In this document: positions 8,381-15,772 of the stretch, piece after piece
Layout: the number at the start of each line of letters is the position of its first letter
Position numbering within the stretch: the first letter of the stretch is position 1
NCBI RefSeq assembly: GCF_000272005.1
Contig: NZ_AKKU01000025.1
Location: 67,493 to 91,492, forward strand
Direction of reading: 5' to 3'
Source of the DNA: Alishewanella agri BL06
Lineage (GTDB): Bacteria; Pseudomonadota; Gammaproteobacteria; Enterobacterales; Alteromonadaceae
Length of the DNA stretch: 24,000 nucleotides
The notes under the pieces: model-generated
What the model was told of the DNA's origin: nothing
Seen by the model: the letters and a program-made list of their open reading frames with translations, nothing else
Databases searched by the model: none
Program-made: the position numbers and the translations under genes

Positions 8381-8794
8381 TTAGCGGTATGTAATGTCTT
8401 TATACATCGGCGCCAACAGTGCCAAAAGTTGATTTTGGGCACTAATACTGATGTTTTGTTGTTGCATCACATTAATCAAATTTTCAACCAGAGCATCGTA
8501 GTCAGCCAGCGTGATATTAAAACCAGTATGGCTCTGTTGCATAGTGCCGCCGGTGTACTGACAAGGCCCACCACTAATATTACACAGTTGTTCAGCAAGC
8601 AGGCGACGAAACCTGGCTATATCGGTATCAACAAAATGATGAACAATGCGCTGATCTTGTTCGATTGCGCGCAGTAAACCGTCAGTTATAGCGGCAATAC
8701 CTTGTTCACCCCCAAGTTGCTGATAAAGGCTGGGTTTTGTTGTATGGCTGCAAGCGCTCAACAGGATGATAAGAACTAAGCTGACGATACGCAT
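8381..8794 (-). CDS. Group 1 truncated haemoglobin (trHbN-like) with a lipoprotein signal peptide
   Basis: The ORF track starts at TTG 8800. ATG 8792-8794 gives MRIVSLVLIILLSAC with the lipobox LLSAC. Globin hallmarks are SLYQQLGGEQGI, HHFVDTD, GGPCQYTGGTMQQSH and FNIT. This ATG overlaps the upstream TAA by one base (TAATG on the minus strand). Confidence 0.8.
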   Translation of the reverse strand: MRIVSLVLIILLSACSHTTKPSLYQQLGGEQGIAAITDGLLRAIEQDQRIVHHFVDTDIARFRRLLAEQLCNISGGPCQYTGGTMQQSHTGFNITLADYDALVENLINVMQQQNISISAQNQLLALLAPMYKDITYR

Positions 8795-9627
8795 TACCAA
8801 GCCCCTTCCACTGATAAGTAATAGCCTTGTTGTTCGGCCAAACCGGCTATGCTACCAAGGTCAGCGTAGCCGGCAACAACAGATAGATGTTTATTGACAA
8901 ACCAAGCAATAAAGAGGTCGCGCCAATGTTGCTCGGTAGCAAAAGCTAACTGATCAGGTTTTTGTCTAAATTCAATGCCAACTGCCAAATTGTAATTAAG
9001 TAATACAGCAGCAGAACCTTCAAACATGAACTGATAATTATTGTCTTCGATGGTACCAAAGCCCAGCAGACCGGTTTGATTCGCTTTAGTCGCACGAATG
9101 GTGCCGTTTAAAAGTAAATTGCGGCCAGCCACCTGATTGAAGAAAACTTTGCTGGCTGACAAATAAATATCCAACCCACTGCTATCACGCGCTCCCACAG
9201 CTTGGGGTAGGGCAAAATCACGATGTTTTTTATACTGCAACCCCAGGCTAATCTGCGGTAATGCGGTATAAAGCAACTCACCCGCGATATGGTATTTAAT
9301 ACCGAGGATATCCTGACGCAATTCTCCACCAATACTGTCGAGCTTAAAAGTTTGCCGTGCAATCGAGAATTCCCATCTGTTATCGTAACTTGCACTGGCA
9401 CCAAAAACATTAAGTGTAAAGTCGTCGACTCCTACTTGGCTGGCGAAGGCAGTAGCCCCCCACTCTCCACTGCTGGCATAACTATTGATAACAGCCCAGG
9501 GTACGATACCGCCACCAGCACTGCCCTCGATACTGGAGGCACCGCCGGTAGCAATAATTTTACTACCCGCCACGCTATTGGTACTCAATACTAGCAAACA
9601 GGTAACCCAAAACAGTTTACTCGTCAT
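8794..9627 (-). CDS. DUF3034-family protein, predicted outer-membrane beta-barrel
   Basis: 277 aa. Signal peptide MTSKLFWVTCLLVLSTNSVAG/S. ATGGASSIEGSAGGGIVPWAVI and LGLQYKKHRDFALPQAVGARD match my recollection of DUF3034 (PF11231). It has alternating hydrophobic strands and a C-terminal aromatic residue (...VEGAW). AAGGA lies ~8 nt upstream of the ATG. Confidence 0.65.
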   Translation of the reverse strand: MTSKLFWVTCLLVLSTNSVAGSKIIATGGASSIEGSAGGGIVPWAVINSYASSGEWGATAFASQVGVDDFTLNVFGASASYDNRWEFSIARQTFKLDSIGGELRQDILGIKYHIAGELLYTALPQISLGLQYKKHRDFALPQAVGARDSSGLDIYLSASKVFFNQVAGRNLLLNGTIRATKANQTGLLGFGTIEDNNYQFMFEGSAAVLLNYNLAVGIEFRQKPDQLAFATEQHWRDLFIAWFVNKHLSVVAGYADLGSIAGLAEQQGYYLSVEGAW

Positions 9628-9654
9628 CTGTAGATCCTTTTGATGCTGTGCTAA

Positions 9655-10302
9655 CTAACTGCCAAATCCGCGCTTTGGCGGGCGCGGTTTTTCTTTGGCT
9701 GCAACGGCAAGTGTAAAAGAGAGCTCAGTCTTTAAAGGCGCTGAAACAACCTGCTCTGTCTGCTGCTCAAGTTGCCAGGGATGCCACAATTTAATCCGTA
9801 GTGTCTCTTGTGGTACCTCCGGAAAATATACTTTGCCGTTTTCGTCGGTAACTAAAAGCAGAGGACTCTCACCGACATAGATATAGGCCAGCATATAGTC
9901 ATGAATGTTGCAGCCCAGCACCACTATTCCTGGCTCATCAAACAAGACCGGCTCCTCTGGCTTACCCGTATATAGCTCAATTTCAAAGGTTTTCGCGCTG
10001 GAGAATGAGTAGACGTGGTGTCGTGTTTTATCCCGGTTAGGAAAGTCGATTAGTGAGCCTTTCGGCGTTGCGGTAACAAAGGGAACAAAGGTAAGTTGTT
10101 CCTGAGCAACGTGCTGAATGCCGGAGTTAACGATTGCTGCTGTTGGGCTGATAATTTCAACAACGGCATCTGCAAGTGGGCGGTTTCCCTGATCATAAAT
10201 TTGTATGCTAAGACTTTGACTGTGTGCCTTGGGAGTGGTGACACATTGCATGACCAAGATGAAAACCAGCCAACAAATTCGGGTACACATAGTCAAACTC
10301 AT
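9655..10302 (-). CDS. Secreted cupredoxin-domain protein with an amicyanin-like type-1 copper ligand set (family often annotated 'methylamine utilization protein')
   Basis: 215 aa with an N-terminal signal sequence (alternative start ATG 10290). DFPNRDKTRHHVYSF parallels the amicyanin N-x-D...H-x-V-x-F segment. GCNIHDYM has the C-x2-H-x2-M spacing of amicyanin CTPHPFM. The core is flanked by short beta-rich N- and C-terminal extensions. Confidence 0.65.
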   Translation of the reverse strand: MSLTMCTRICWLVFILVMQCVTTPKAHSQSLSIQIYDQGNRPLADAVVEIISPTAAIVNSGIQHVAQEQLTFVPFVTATPKGSLIDFPNRDKTRHHVYSFSSAKTFEIELYTGKPEEPVLFDEPGIVVLGCNIHDYMLAYIYVGESPLLLVTDENGKVYFPEVPQETLRIKLWHPWQLEQQTEQVVSAPLKTELSFTLAVAAKEKPRPPKRGFGS

Positions 10303-10476
10303 TTTGTTATGTTGTTACTAACACCATAACCTATGGTTTGTCAGGTTTCAAATAAGCATAAACAAAAGCACCTGTTTTTAAAGCGGTTAGCAGTTAATGC
10401 CCTGATGTTCGCGATCACCTCTAAAGCACCCCCTGGCTCGGCTGACAGTGCGATCTGATGCACTGCCCGCCAATAT

Positions 10477-11178
10477 TTAAATACTGCTCACCCAGTCTGG
10501 CAAATAGTCAATTGCCCAGGTTTCCATGACTTTGTCAAAGCCAGTAAAGATCATCAGGGCTATCAGCAATAAAGCATAACCTAATAACTTGCGGCCAAAA
10601 CTACCAGAGCTGCGCAGCTTGCTAAGCTTTACGCCAGCAGCGTAGCCAATAGCAACCAAAGGCAAGGCAGTGCCTAAGCCGAATGCCAGCATTACACTGA
10701 ACGACATCAACATATTCTGGCCAGTTGATGCTAGCGCAATGGCGGCACCTAAAGTTGGGCCGACGCAAGGTAACCAAACCAGACCAAGCGAGCCGCCGAC
10801 CATAAACTGAAATGCCGGATGCTCGCTACTTTCATTAATCTGGCCACCGGCCGGTAAACGGCTGGTCAGGCGGGATAGCAGGTTTGAAAATTGCATCGAT
10901 AACCAATCAACGGTTAGCACCAAACCCATTGCCAGCATAAACCAAGCAGCAAAGGTGCGCATAATATCGGGTGATAGTCCTGCACTTAGCAGCAGGTATG
11001 TCAGCAGAGACCCGCCAATAGCGAAGGTAAGTGCTAAGCCGGCTGCTAAAAACCAGACACCAGAGCGCGATGCTCGCATCGCTGACGCTGTTACTGCCGG
11101 AATCATCGGCAGTACACAGGGTGAAAGCAGGCTTAATAAGCCTGCTAACAGCGCCAGAGGAATGGCGGTAAACTCCAT
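10477..11178 (-). CDS. Cytochrome c biogenesis CcdA / DsbD-beta-like thiol:disulfide electron transporter
   Basis: 233-aa polytopic membrane protein with the family hallmark LSPCVLPMIP near the N-terminus and a second Cys in LVWLPCVGPTLG. The start lies 2 nt after the upstream stop. Confidence 0.8.
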   Translation of the reverse strand: MEFTAIPLALLAGLLSLLSPCVLPMIPAVTASAMRASRSGVWFLAAGLALTFAIGGSLLTYLLLSAGLSPDIMRTFAAWFMLAMGLVLTVDWLSMQFSNLLSRLTSRLPAGGQINESSEHPAFQFMVGGSLGLVWLPCVGPTLGAAIALASTGQNMLMSFSVMLAFGLGTALPLVAIGYAAGVKLSKLRSSGSFGRKLLGYALLLIALMIFTGFDKVMETWAIDYLPDWVSSI

Positions 11179-11180
11179 GG

Positions 11181-11615
11181 TTAGTTCACACCCTTATCAT
11201 GCTCGCTTAAGGCAGCAAATAGTGGTTTTTGACGAGTTTCTGCAACGTTAAACCATACTTGTTGTTCGCCACGGTACAAGACTAAGGTCGATTGGCGCGG
11301 CGCTTTAAAATAGGTTACCCAATCTTTCTGGTTATCAAAATCGACCTCTAACACCAGAATTTCGCTGCTGGGATTGGCGGCAAAATAGTCGTTTAATACC
11401 TTGTGTTGCTTGCGGCACGTTGGGCACCAAGGGGCGAAAACGTCAATTAATACCAGCTTATTGTCCGCTTGCGCTTGGCGGAACACCTCTTCAGTAAAGG
11501 GTTGTTTATGCTTCGCCAGATGTTCGGCTGCAGCAGTAGCTGGATTAAAAAAGAATACAGCAGCCAAAATAGCCAGTACAGCAACACCAGCAGTGGTAAG
11601 GATTTTAATGTTCAT
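11181..11615 (-). CDS. Membrane-anchored or periplasmic thioredoxin-family protein
   Basis: 144 aa. N-terminal hydrophobic anchor MNIKILTTAGVAVLAILAAVFFF. Active-site FAPWCPTCRKQ (CxxC) in a thioredoxin-fold context. It sits directly upstream of and is coupled to the CcdA-like gene. Confidence 0.8.
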   Translation of the reverse strand: MNIKILTTAGVAVLAILAAVFFFNPATAAAEHLAKHKQPFTEEVFRQAQADNKLVLIDVFAPWCPTCRKQHKVLNDYFAANPSSEILVLEVDFDNQKDWVTYFKAPRQSTLVLYRGEQQVWFNVAETRQKPLFAALSEHDKGVN

Positions 11616-11728
11616 AGGAACCTCTCTGTGGTTAATAAGACAGGCTCAGTGTAGAAGGTTGAGCAAGGAGCAACATCAGCCATAACAACGGTGTAATCAA
11701 CCAAAACACCGGTGGTGTAAAAAGAAAG

Positions 11729-12649
11729 TTAGCTTTGCAGTGCCCGGTAGTCGCCGGGTGAAATGCCGTGTTGCTGCTTAAAAAAGCGGATAAAGGCAGT
11801 GGCTGATTGATAACCAACTTGTTCGGCGATGCGGTCTAAGCTTTGTTCGGTGTGGATCAGTAAGTAGCGGCTACGTTGTAAGCGTAGCGTATCGAGTAAC
11901 GCTTTGGCGGTAGCTTGCATCACTTTATGGCAACGTTCGGCAAAGGCACTTTTCGATAAAAATGCCAATGCTGCCATACTTTCCACTGTCCACTCCGCTT
12001 CGGGCTTGGCCATAATGGCTAGCACTACCCGGCGTAAAGCCGGATCTTTCAGAGCAGCCAGCATGCCCTGATTAATACTATCGTCGGTTAGCACCTGGCG
12101 TAGTAAGTGCAGCACTACTACGTCACTGAGTCGGCTGATCGCGGCCTGATAGCCGGGTTGGCGAGCTTTTGCTTCAGACTGAATGAGATTGATTAATGGC
12201 CCTAACTGGCCTTTTTGTGCGTGGGCCGGCAGATGAATATAATCGGGCATCACCTGAAATAAATTCGCGGTAAGTGGCGATTCAATACTGATATCGTAAC
12301 AAACCAGGCCACGCTCGAGATGTTCAGGGACACAGTAGGGCGCCAGTTCAACTCTCTGAGTCTGTTCGGTAACAGGTTGATCACTGAGCCAGTGTCGAAT
12401 GCTATGACTAAAAAAAATAGCATCACCGGCATGCAGCTGAATTTGCTCCTGCAATTTACCGGGAATGGCCATCCACAATGTGCCGGCCGTAACGACATGC
12501 AAAGCAGCTTTGTCTGACTTACTACTCAGCATATTCCAGTTATCGCAAAAGCCAGATTCAAAATGTAATTCTGACCCAAACGCCAATTGCCCCAGCAGCT
12601 GCTCCAGCGCTTCCGGTGTTTCAGTTGATAAGGGCGTTGTTTTGGTCAT
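11729..12649 (-). CDS. AraC-family transcriptional regulator with an N-terminal cupin-like sensor domain
   Basis: 306 aa. The C-terminal double HTH is ...SMAALAFLSKSAFAERCHKVM...SLDRIAEQVGYQSATAFIRFFKQQHGISPGDYR. The N-terminal half is cupin/AraC_N-like. It is divergent from the operon starting at 12805. Confidence 0.85.
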   Translation of the reverse strand: MTKTTPLSTETPEALEQLLGQLAFGSELHFESGFCDNWNMLSSKSDKAALHVVTAGTLWMAIPGKLQEQIQLHAGDAIFFSHSIRHWLSDQPVTEQTQRVELAPYCVPEHLERGLVCYDISIESPLTANLFQVMPDYIHLPAHAQKGQLGPLINLIQSEAKARQPGYQAAISRLSDVVVLHLLRQVLTDDSINQGMLAALKDPALRRVVLAIMAKPEAEWTVESMAALAFLSKSAFAERCHKVMQATAKALLDTLRLQRSRYLLIHTEQSLDRIAEQVGYQSATAFIRFFKQQHGISPGDYRALQS

Positions 12650-12804
12650 TGTCGGCCTAGGTTTGGATTTCTAAACTGTAATTGCATCTTTAGTCTACGG
12701 TTTGTGTCCCGGTTTGCAAACTCATATCTTTGTTAATAGTCAGAAGCAAGGCTTGGCTTACCAACAGCTGGTACGCCTGCTGCTGGTCACAGAGGAATGT
12801 CCGC

Positions 12805-13299
12805 GTGCTGGATAAAATATTAGAACAAAATAGACAACAGCTTGATGTTATCGATGCTATTTTGCGTCAGGTTAGTGCTGCCGATTATCAAAAAGTTCTG
12901 GCGCTACCTGGAGAGCCAAGTGTTGGCAAGCACGTACGGCATGTGTTGGGACATTATCAACAGCTGCAACAAGGGCTACAAACCGGGATGCTGGATTATC
13001 GCCAGCGTGAACGGCAACAGCTGATTGAAACAAACCCACTCGCCGCTTTAGGGTTGTTACAACAACAACTTGACTGGCTAGCAACATTAGCAGGCTGTGA
13101 AGCAATACCAATATTTCATTACCAGTGTGCTGAGGGAAAAGGTCATAGCTGTTTGCTACGGGAGCTGGATTTTGTTGCCAGCCATACTGTACATCATCTG
13201 GCAATATTACAGATTGTGCTATTGCAACTCGGCTACCAGCTGCCTGCCGAGGCAGGGGTGCATAGTTCAACCCTGGAGTATCGGCGATGTGCACCTTAA
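12805..13299 (+). CDS. DinB-superfamily (DinB_2-like) metal-dependent protein
   Basis: The track ORF starts at TTG 12730. I prefer GTG 12805 because AGAGGAA (12791-12797) lies 7 nt upstream and the preceding residues look non-coding. His-rich four-helix pattern: GKHVRHVLGHY ... SHTVHHLAILQ. The 3' end overlaps the next ATG by 13 nt. Confidence 0.6.
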   Translation: MLDKILEQNRQQLDVIDAILRQVSAADYQKVLALPGEPSVGKHVRHVLGHYQQLQQGLQTGMLDYRQRERQQLIETNPLAALGLLQQQLDWLATLAGCEAIPIFHYQCAEGKGHSCLLRELDFVASHTVHHLAILQIVLLQLGYQLPAEAGVHSSTLEYRRCAP

Positions 13300-14897
13300 G
13301 CTGGCAATACCGGGAAGACGGTTTACATTTGCTGTTTAATCGTGACGAGCAAATACAGCGTCCGGCGGCCCTGTTACCAGAGCGCTATCAGGAAAACGGT
13401 GTCACAGCATTAATGCCGCTTGATCCTGTGGCCGGTGGCAGTTGGCTGGCAGTTAATGAACTCGGACAAGTTTGGTGTCTGTTAAATGACTATACCAAAG
13501 GAAGTCGAGTGGCTACAGCAGGTTTATCCAGTAGGGGCATGTTGATTAAAGCACTGGCGCATATGTCAGCACGTCAGCAGCAAGATACCCTGCTACAGGT
13601 GGATAAACTGCAAGCCTATGCCCCCTTTAAACTGGTGTTATTTCAACAGCTGCAAGAGCCGATCGTCTGGCATTGGAATGGCCGTAGTCTAACGCAGCAT
13701 CTGGCAGTCCGCTCGCCCATCTCGAGCTCTAGCAAATTACCTGGGGTGATCCCAGCGTTACGGCGTTGGTACTGGCGGGCTAAGGTGAAAGACATAACCA
13801 GAGCTGCCGAGCTGCTGACTTTGCAGCGCAGTAGCAAACCAGTTAATGCTTTTTGTGGTTTGGCGATGCAGCGCAGCACCAGCCAGACCGTCAGTACCTG
13901 CTATCTGCACTGTGATGCCAACGGTGTCAATTTCCGTTATTGGCATGGACATCCCAATACTCAACAGGTGCAACCAGACACCAGCTTGCTGCTGACTTGG
14001 ACGACTGCTCTGCATTTGCAGCACAGTGGTTACCAGCCAATTGATTTACCGCAACTCGTTAAAAGCGCGGTGCCAGCTTTTGCGGCACGTCTTCGTCCCT
14101 GGCAGTGGTATGGATTACAGCATTGCCTTGCGCAGCGACAACTTAACCAGGCTTTACAGCAATTAAGTGCACAACCCGACCAACGATTCTGTGACAGCGC
14201 ACTGCAGTATTTGCGGGTGGAGCCGCAGTTAGTGGCTTGTCGCTGGCCCAGTGCAGAAAGCCGGCCGGTATTTGTCGCCAACCATCCGACCGGTGGTTTA
14301 GACGGGCTAATGCTGATCGCCTTACTGCAAAAACGTTATCCGAATTTACAGGTGGTGGCAAACGACTTGCTGCAAGCGATAGTGCCATTACAAGCTAATA
14401 TTTTGCCGGTGTCGGTATTTGGCAAGCCTGCCGCCGCTGTACCACAGCTGACAGCCGCTTTTGCTTCTGGTCAGCCGTTACTGATTTTTCCTGCCGGGCG
14501 CACAGCCCGGTTTAATGCGCAGCATCAGCTTGATGATGGGGTCTGGGCTAAACTGGCGATTACGCTATGCCGACGGGAGCAACGTAGTCTGACGTTAATC
14601 CATATCGATAGCCGCAATTCCCGGCTGTTTTATGCACTGGCGGCGCTCCGCCTGTGGTTTGGCATTAAGACAAATTTGGAGATGCTACTGCTAAGCCGGG
14701 AGATGTTAAAGCCGGCCGTGAAGCACCCCAAGATCTTTGTTGATGTGCCGATGCATCCGGTCGAACTTGATGCGCTGGCCGATACCGACCGGCAGCGGGC
14801 ACAGCGGCTAAAGCGCCGCGGTATGCAATTACCGATCTTATACAAGGAGCAACAGGATGCAGCAGGCTATACCTCTTGCGGCCGCAGTCGCGGCTGA
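13287..14897 (+). CDS. Fusion protein: N-terminal NRDE/TANGO2-family domain plus C-terminal PlsC-like lyso-lipid O-acyltransferase domain
   Basis: 536 aa. The N-terminus MCTLSW...LLFNRDEQIQRP...GGSWLAVNELGQVWCLLN...SSRGMLI is the NRDE (PF05742) pattern, including Cys2. The C-terminal half has VFVANHPTGGLDGLMLIALL (nt ~14278-14306), LLIFPAGRTAR and IDSRNSRLFY. These are typical of the acyltransferases encoded next to OlsB-like GNAT N-acyltransferases. Confidence 0.75.
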   Translation: MCTLSWQYREDGLHLLFNRDEQIQRPAALLPERYQENGVTALMPLDPVAGGSWLAVNELGQVWCLLNDYTKGSRVATAGLSSRGMLIKALAHMSARQQQDTLLQVDKLQAYAPFKLVLFQQLQEPIVWHWNGRSLTQHLAVRSPISSSSKLPGVIPALRRWYWRAKVKDITRAAELLTLQRSSKPVNAFCGLAMQRSTSQTVSTCYLHCDANGVNFRYWHGHPNTQQVQPDTSLLLTWTTALHLQHSGYQPIDLPQLVKSAVPAFAARLRPWQWYGLQHCLAQRQLNQALQQLSAQPDQRFCDSALQYLRVEPQLVACRWPSAESRPVFVANHPTGGLDGLMLIALLQKRYPNLQVVANDLLQAIVPLQANILPVSVFGKPAAAVPQLTAAFASGQPLLIFPAGRTARFNAQHQLDDGVWAKLAITLCRREQRSLTLIHIDSRNSRLFYALAALRLWFGIKTNLEMLLLSREMLKPAVKHPKIFVDVPMHPVELDALADTDRQRAQRLKRRGMQLPILYKEQQDAAGYTSCGRSRG

Positions 14898-15759
14898 GTC
14901 AATGCAGGCTGAGTTAGGCGGGTTAACACCGTTGGCGACTTTCCGAGGGCTACTTATTTTTAGTACCGATGCGTCGGATATCCCCAGTACAATGCAGGAG
15001 ATCGGCCGGATCCGCGAAGCGGTATTTCGCCAGGCTGGCGCGGGGCGCAACCTGCCACGGGATCTTGATGATCTGGATTACACTGCACCTGCTTACCAGC
15101 AGTTACTGGTTTGGGATCCTGAGCGACTGCAACTGGTCGCCATGTATCGCTATCAATTGGGGTGGTTGGCGGCCGATGCGGGGCTACACATTTTACGGAC
15201 CAGTCAATTATTTAGGTATAGCGAGGCTTTTCGTGCTCAGGTCTTGCCTTACGCTATTGAATTAGGCCGCTCGGTGGTGAATCCAGCTGCTGCGGCACAT
15301 ACGCTTGGTTTTTTTGCGCTTTGGCTGGGTTTAGGAGCGTTATTGCGTCGGCATCCGCGATTGCAGTATTTTTTTGGTAATGTGACGCTGTACCCGCAAC
15401 TGGGAGAGGTGGCGATGCAGCATATAGTGCAGTTTTGCCAGCAGCTATATCCACCGCCAGAGCCAATGCTACAGGCGTTGCCAGAGTTGCTTTATCGCAG
15501 TAAGCCGATGATGGTTGACGCTGAATTATTGCATGCCGCTCCCTCAGAGCGGATTAAAGCACTTCAATACAGTTTACAGGCATTGCACTGTCGGATCCCA
15601 CCAGTGCTCCAGTCGTATTTAAGTGTTGGCAACGGCATTTGGTTTGATGACGCCGCGCTGGATCTCGATTTTGGAGCCGCATACGAGCAAAGCATTATCG
15701 TCCCCCTTCACGCGTTAAGTCATGCCTTTCGGCAACGTTTTCTTGATTGTCAGCTATAA
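14857..15759 (+). CDS. GNAT-family N-acyltransferase of the OlsB / N-acyl amino acid synthase type (Acetyltransf_5-like, 'putative hemolysin' COG)
   Basis: 300 aa. AAGGAG at 14844-14849 precedes the ATG. IGRIREAVFRQAGAG...DLDDLDY...QLLVWD...LVAMYRY...IELGRSVVNP...FALWLGLGALL...YFFGNVTL follows the OlsB-like pattern (R-x-x-VF, D-x-D-x-D/Y, YR, ELGR). It overlaps the upstream ORF by 41 nt. Confidence 0.7.
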   Translation: MQQAIPLAAAVAAESMQAELGGLTPLATFRGLLIFSTDASDIPSTMQEIGRIREAVFRQAGAGRNLPRDLDDLDYTAPAYQQLLVWDPERLQLVAMYRYQLGWLAADAGLHILRTSQLFRYSEAFRAQVLPYAIELGRSVVNPAAAAHTLGFFALWLGLGALLRRHPRLQYFFGNVTLYPQLGEVAMQHIVQFCQQLYPPPEPMLQALPELLYRSKPMMVDAELLHAAPSERIKALQYSLQALHCRIPPVLQSYLSVGNGIWFDDAALDLDFGAAYEQSIIVPLHALSHAFRQRFLDCQL

Positions 15760-15772
15760 CAGGAGAAATATC

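Noticed and set aside
12730-12804. TTG-initiated N-terminal extension of the DinB-like ORF
   Set aside because: The extension (MLIVRSKAWLTNSWYACCWSQRNVR) has no RBS and an odd composition. GTG 12805 has AGAGGAA 7 nt upstream. The extension would also consume the likely promoter/operator region shared with the AraC gene.
12872-13294. 140-aa minus-strand ORF
   Set aside because: It is antisense to the DinB-like gene. The plus-strand frame has the His-triad pattern and a good RBS and is coupled to the downstream operon.
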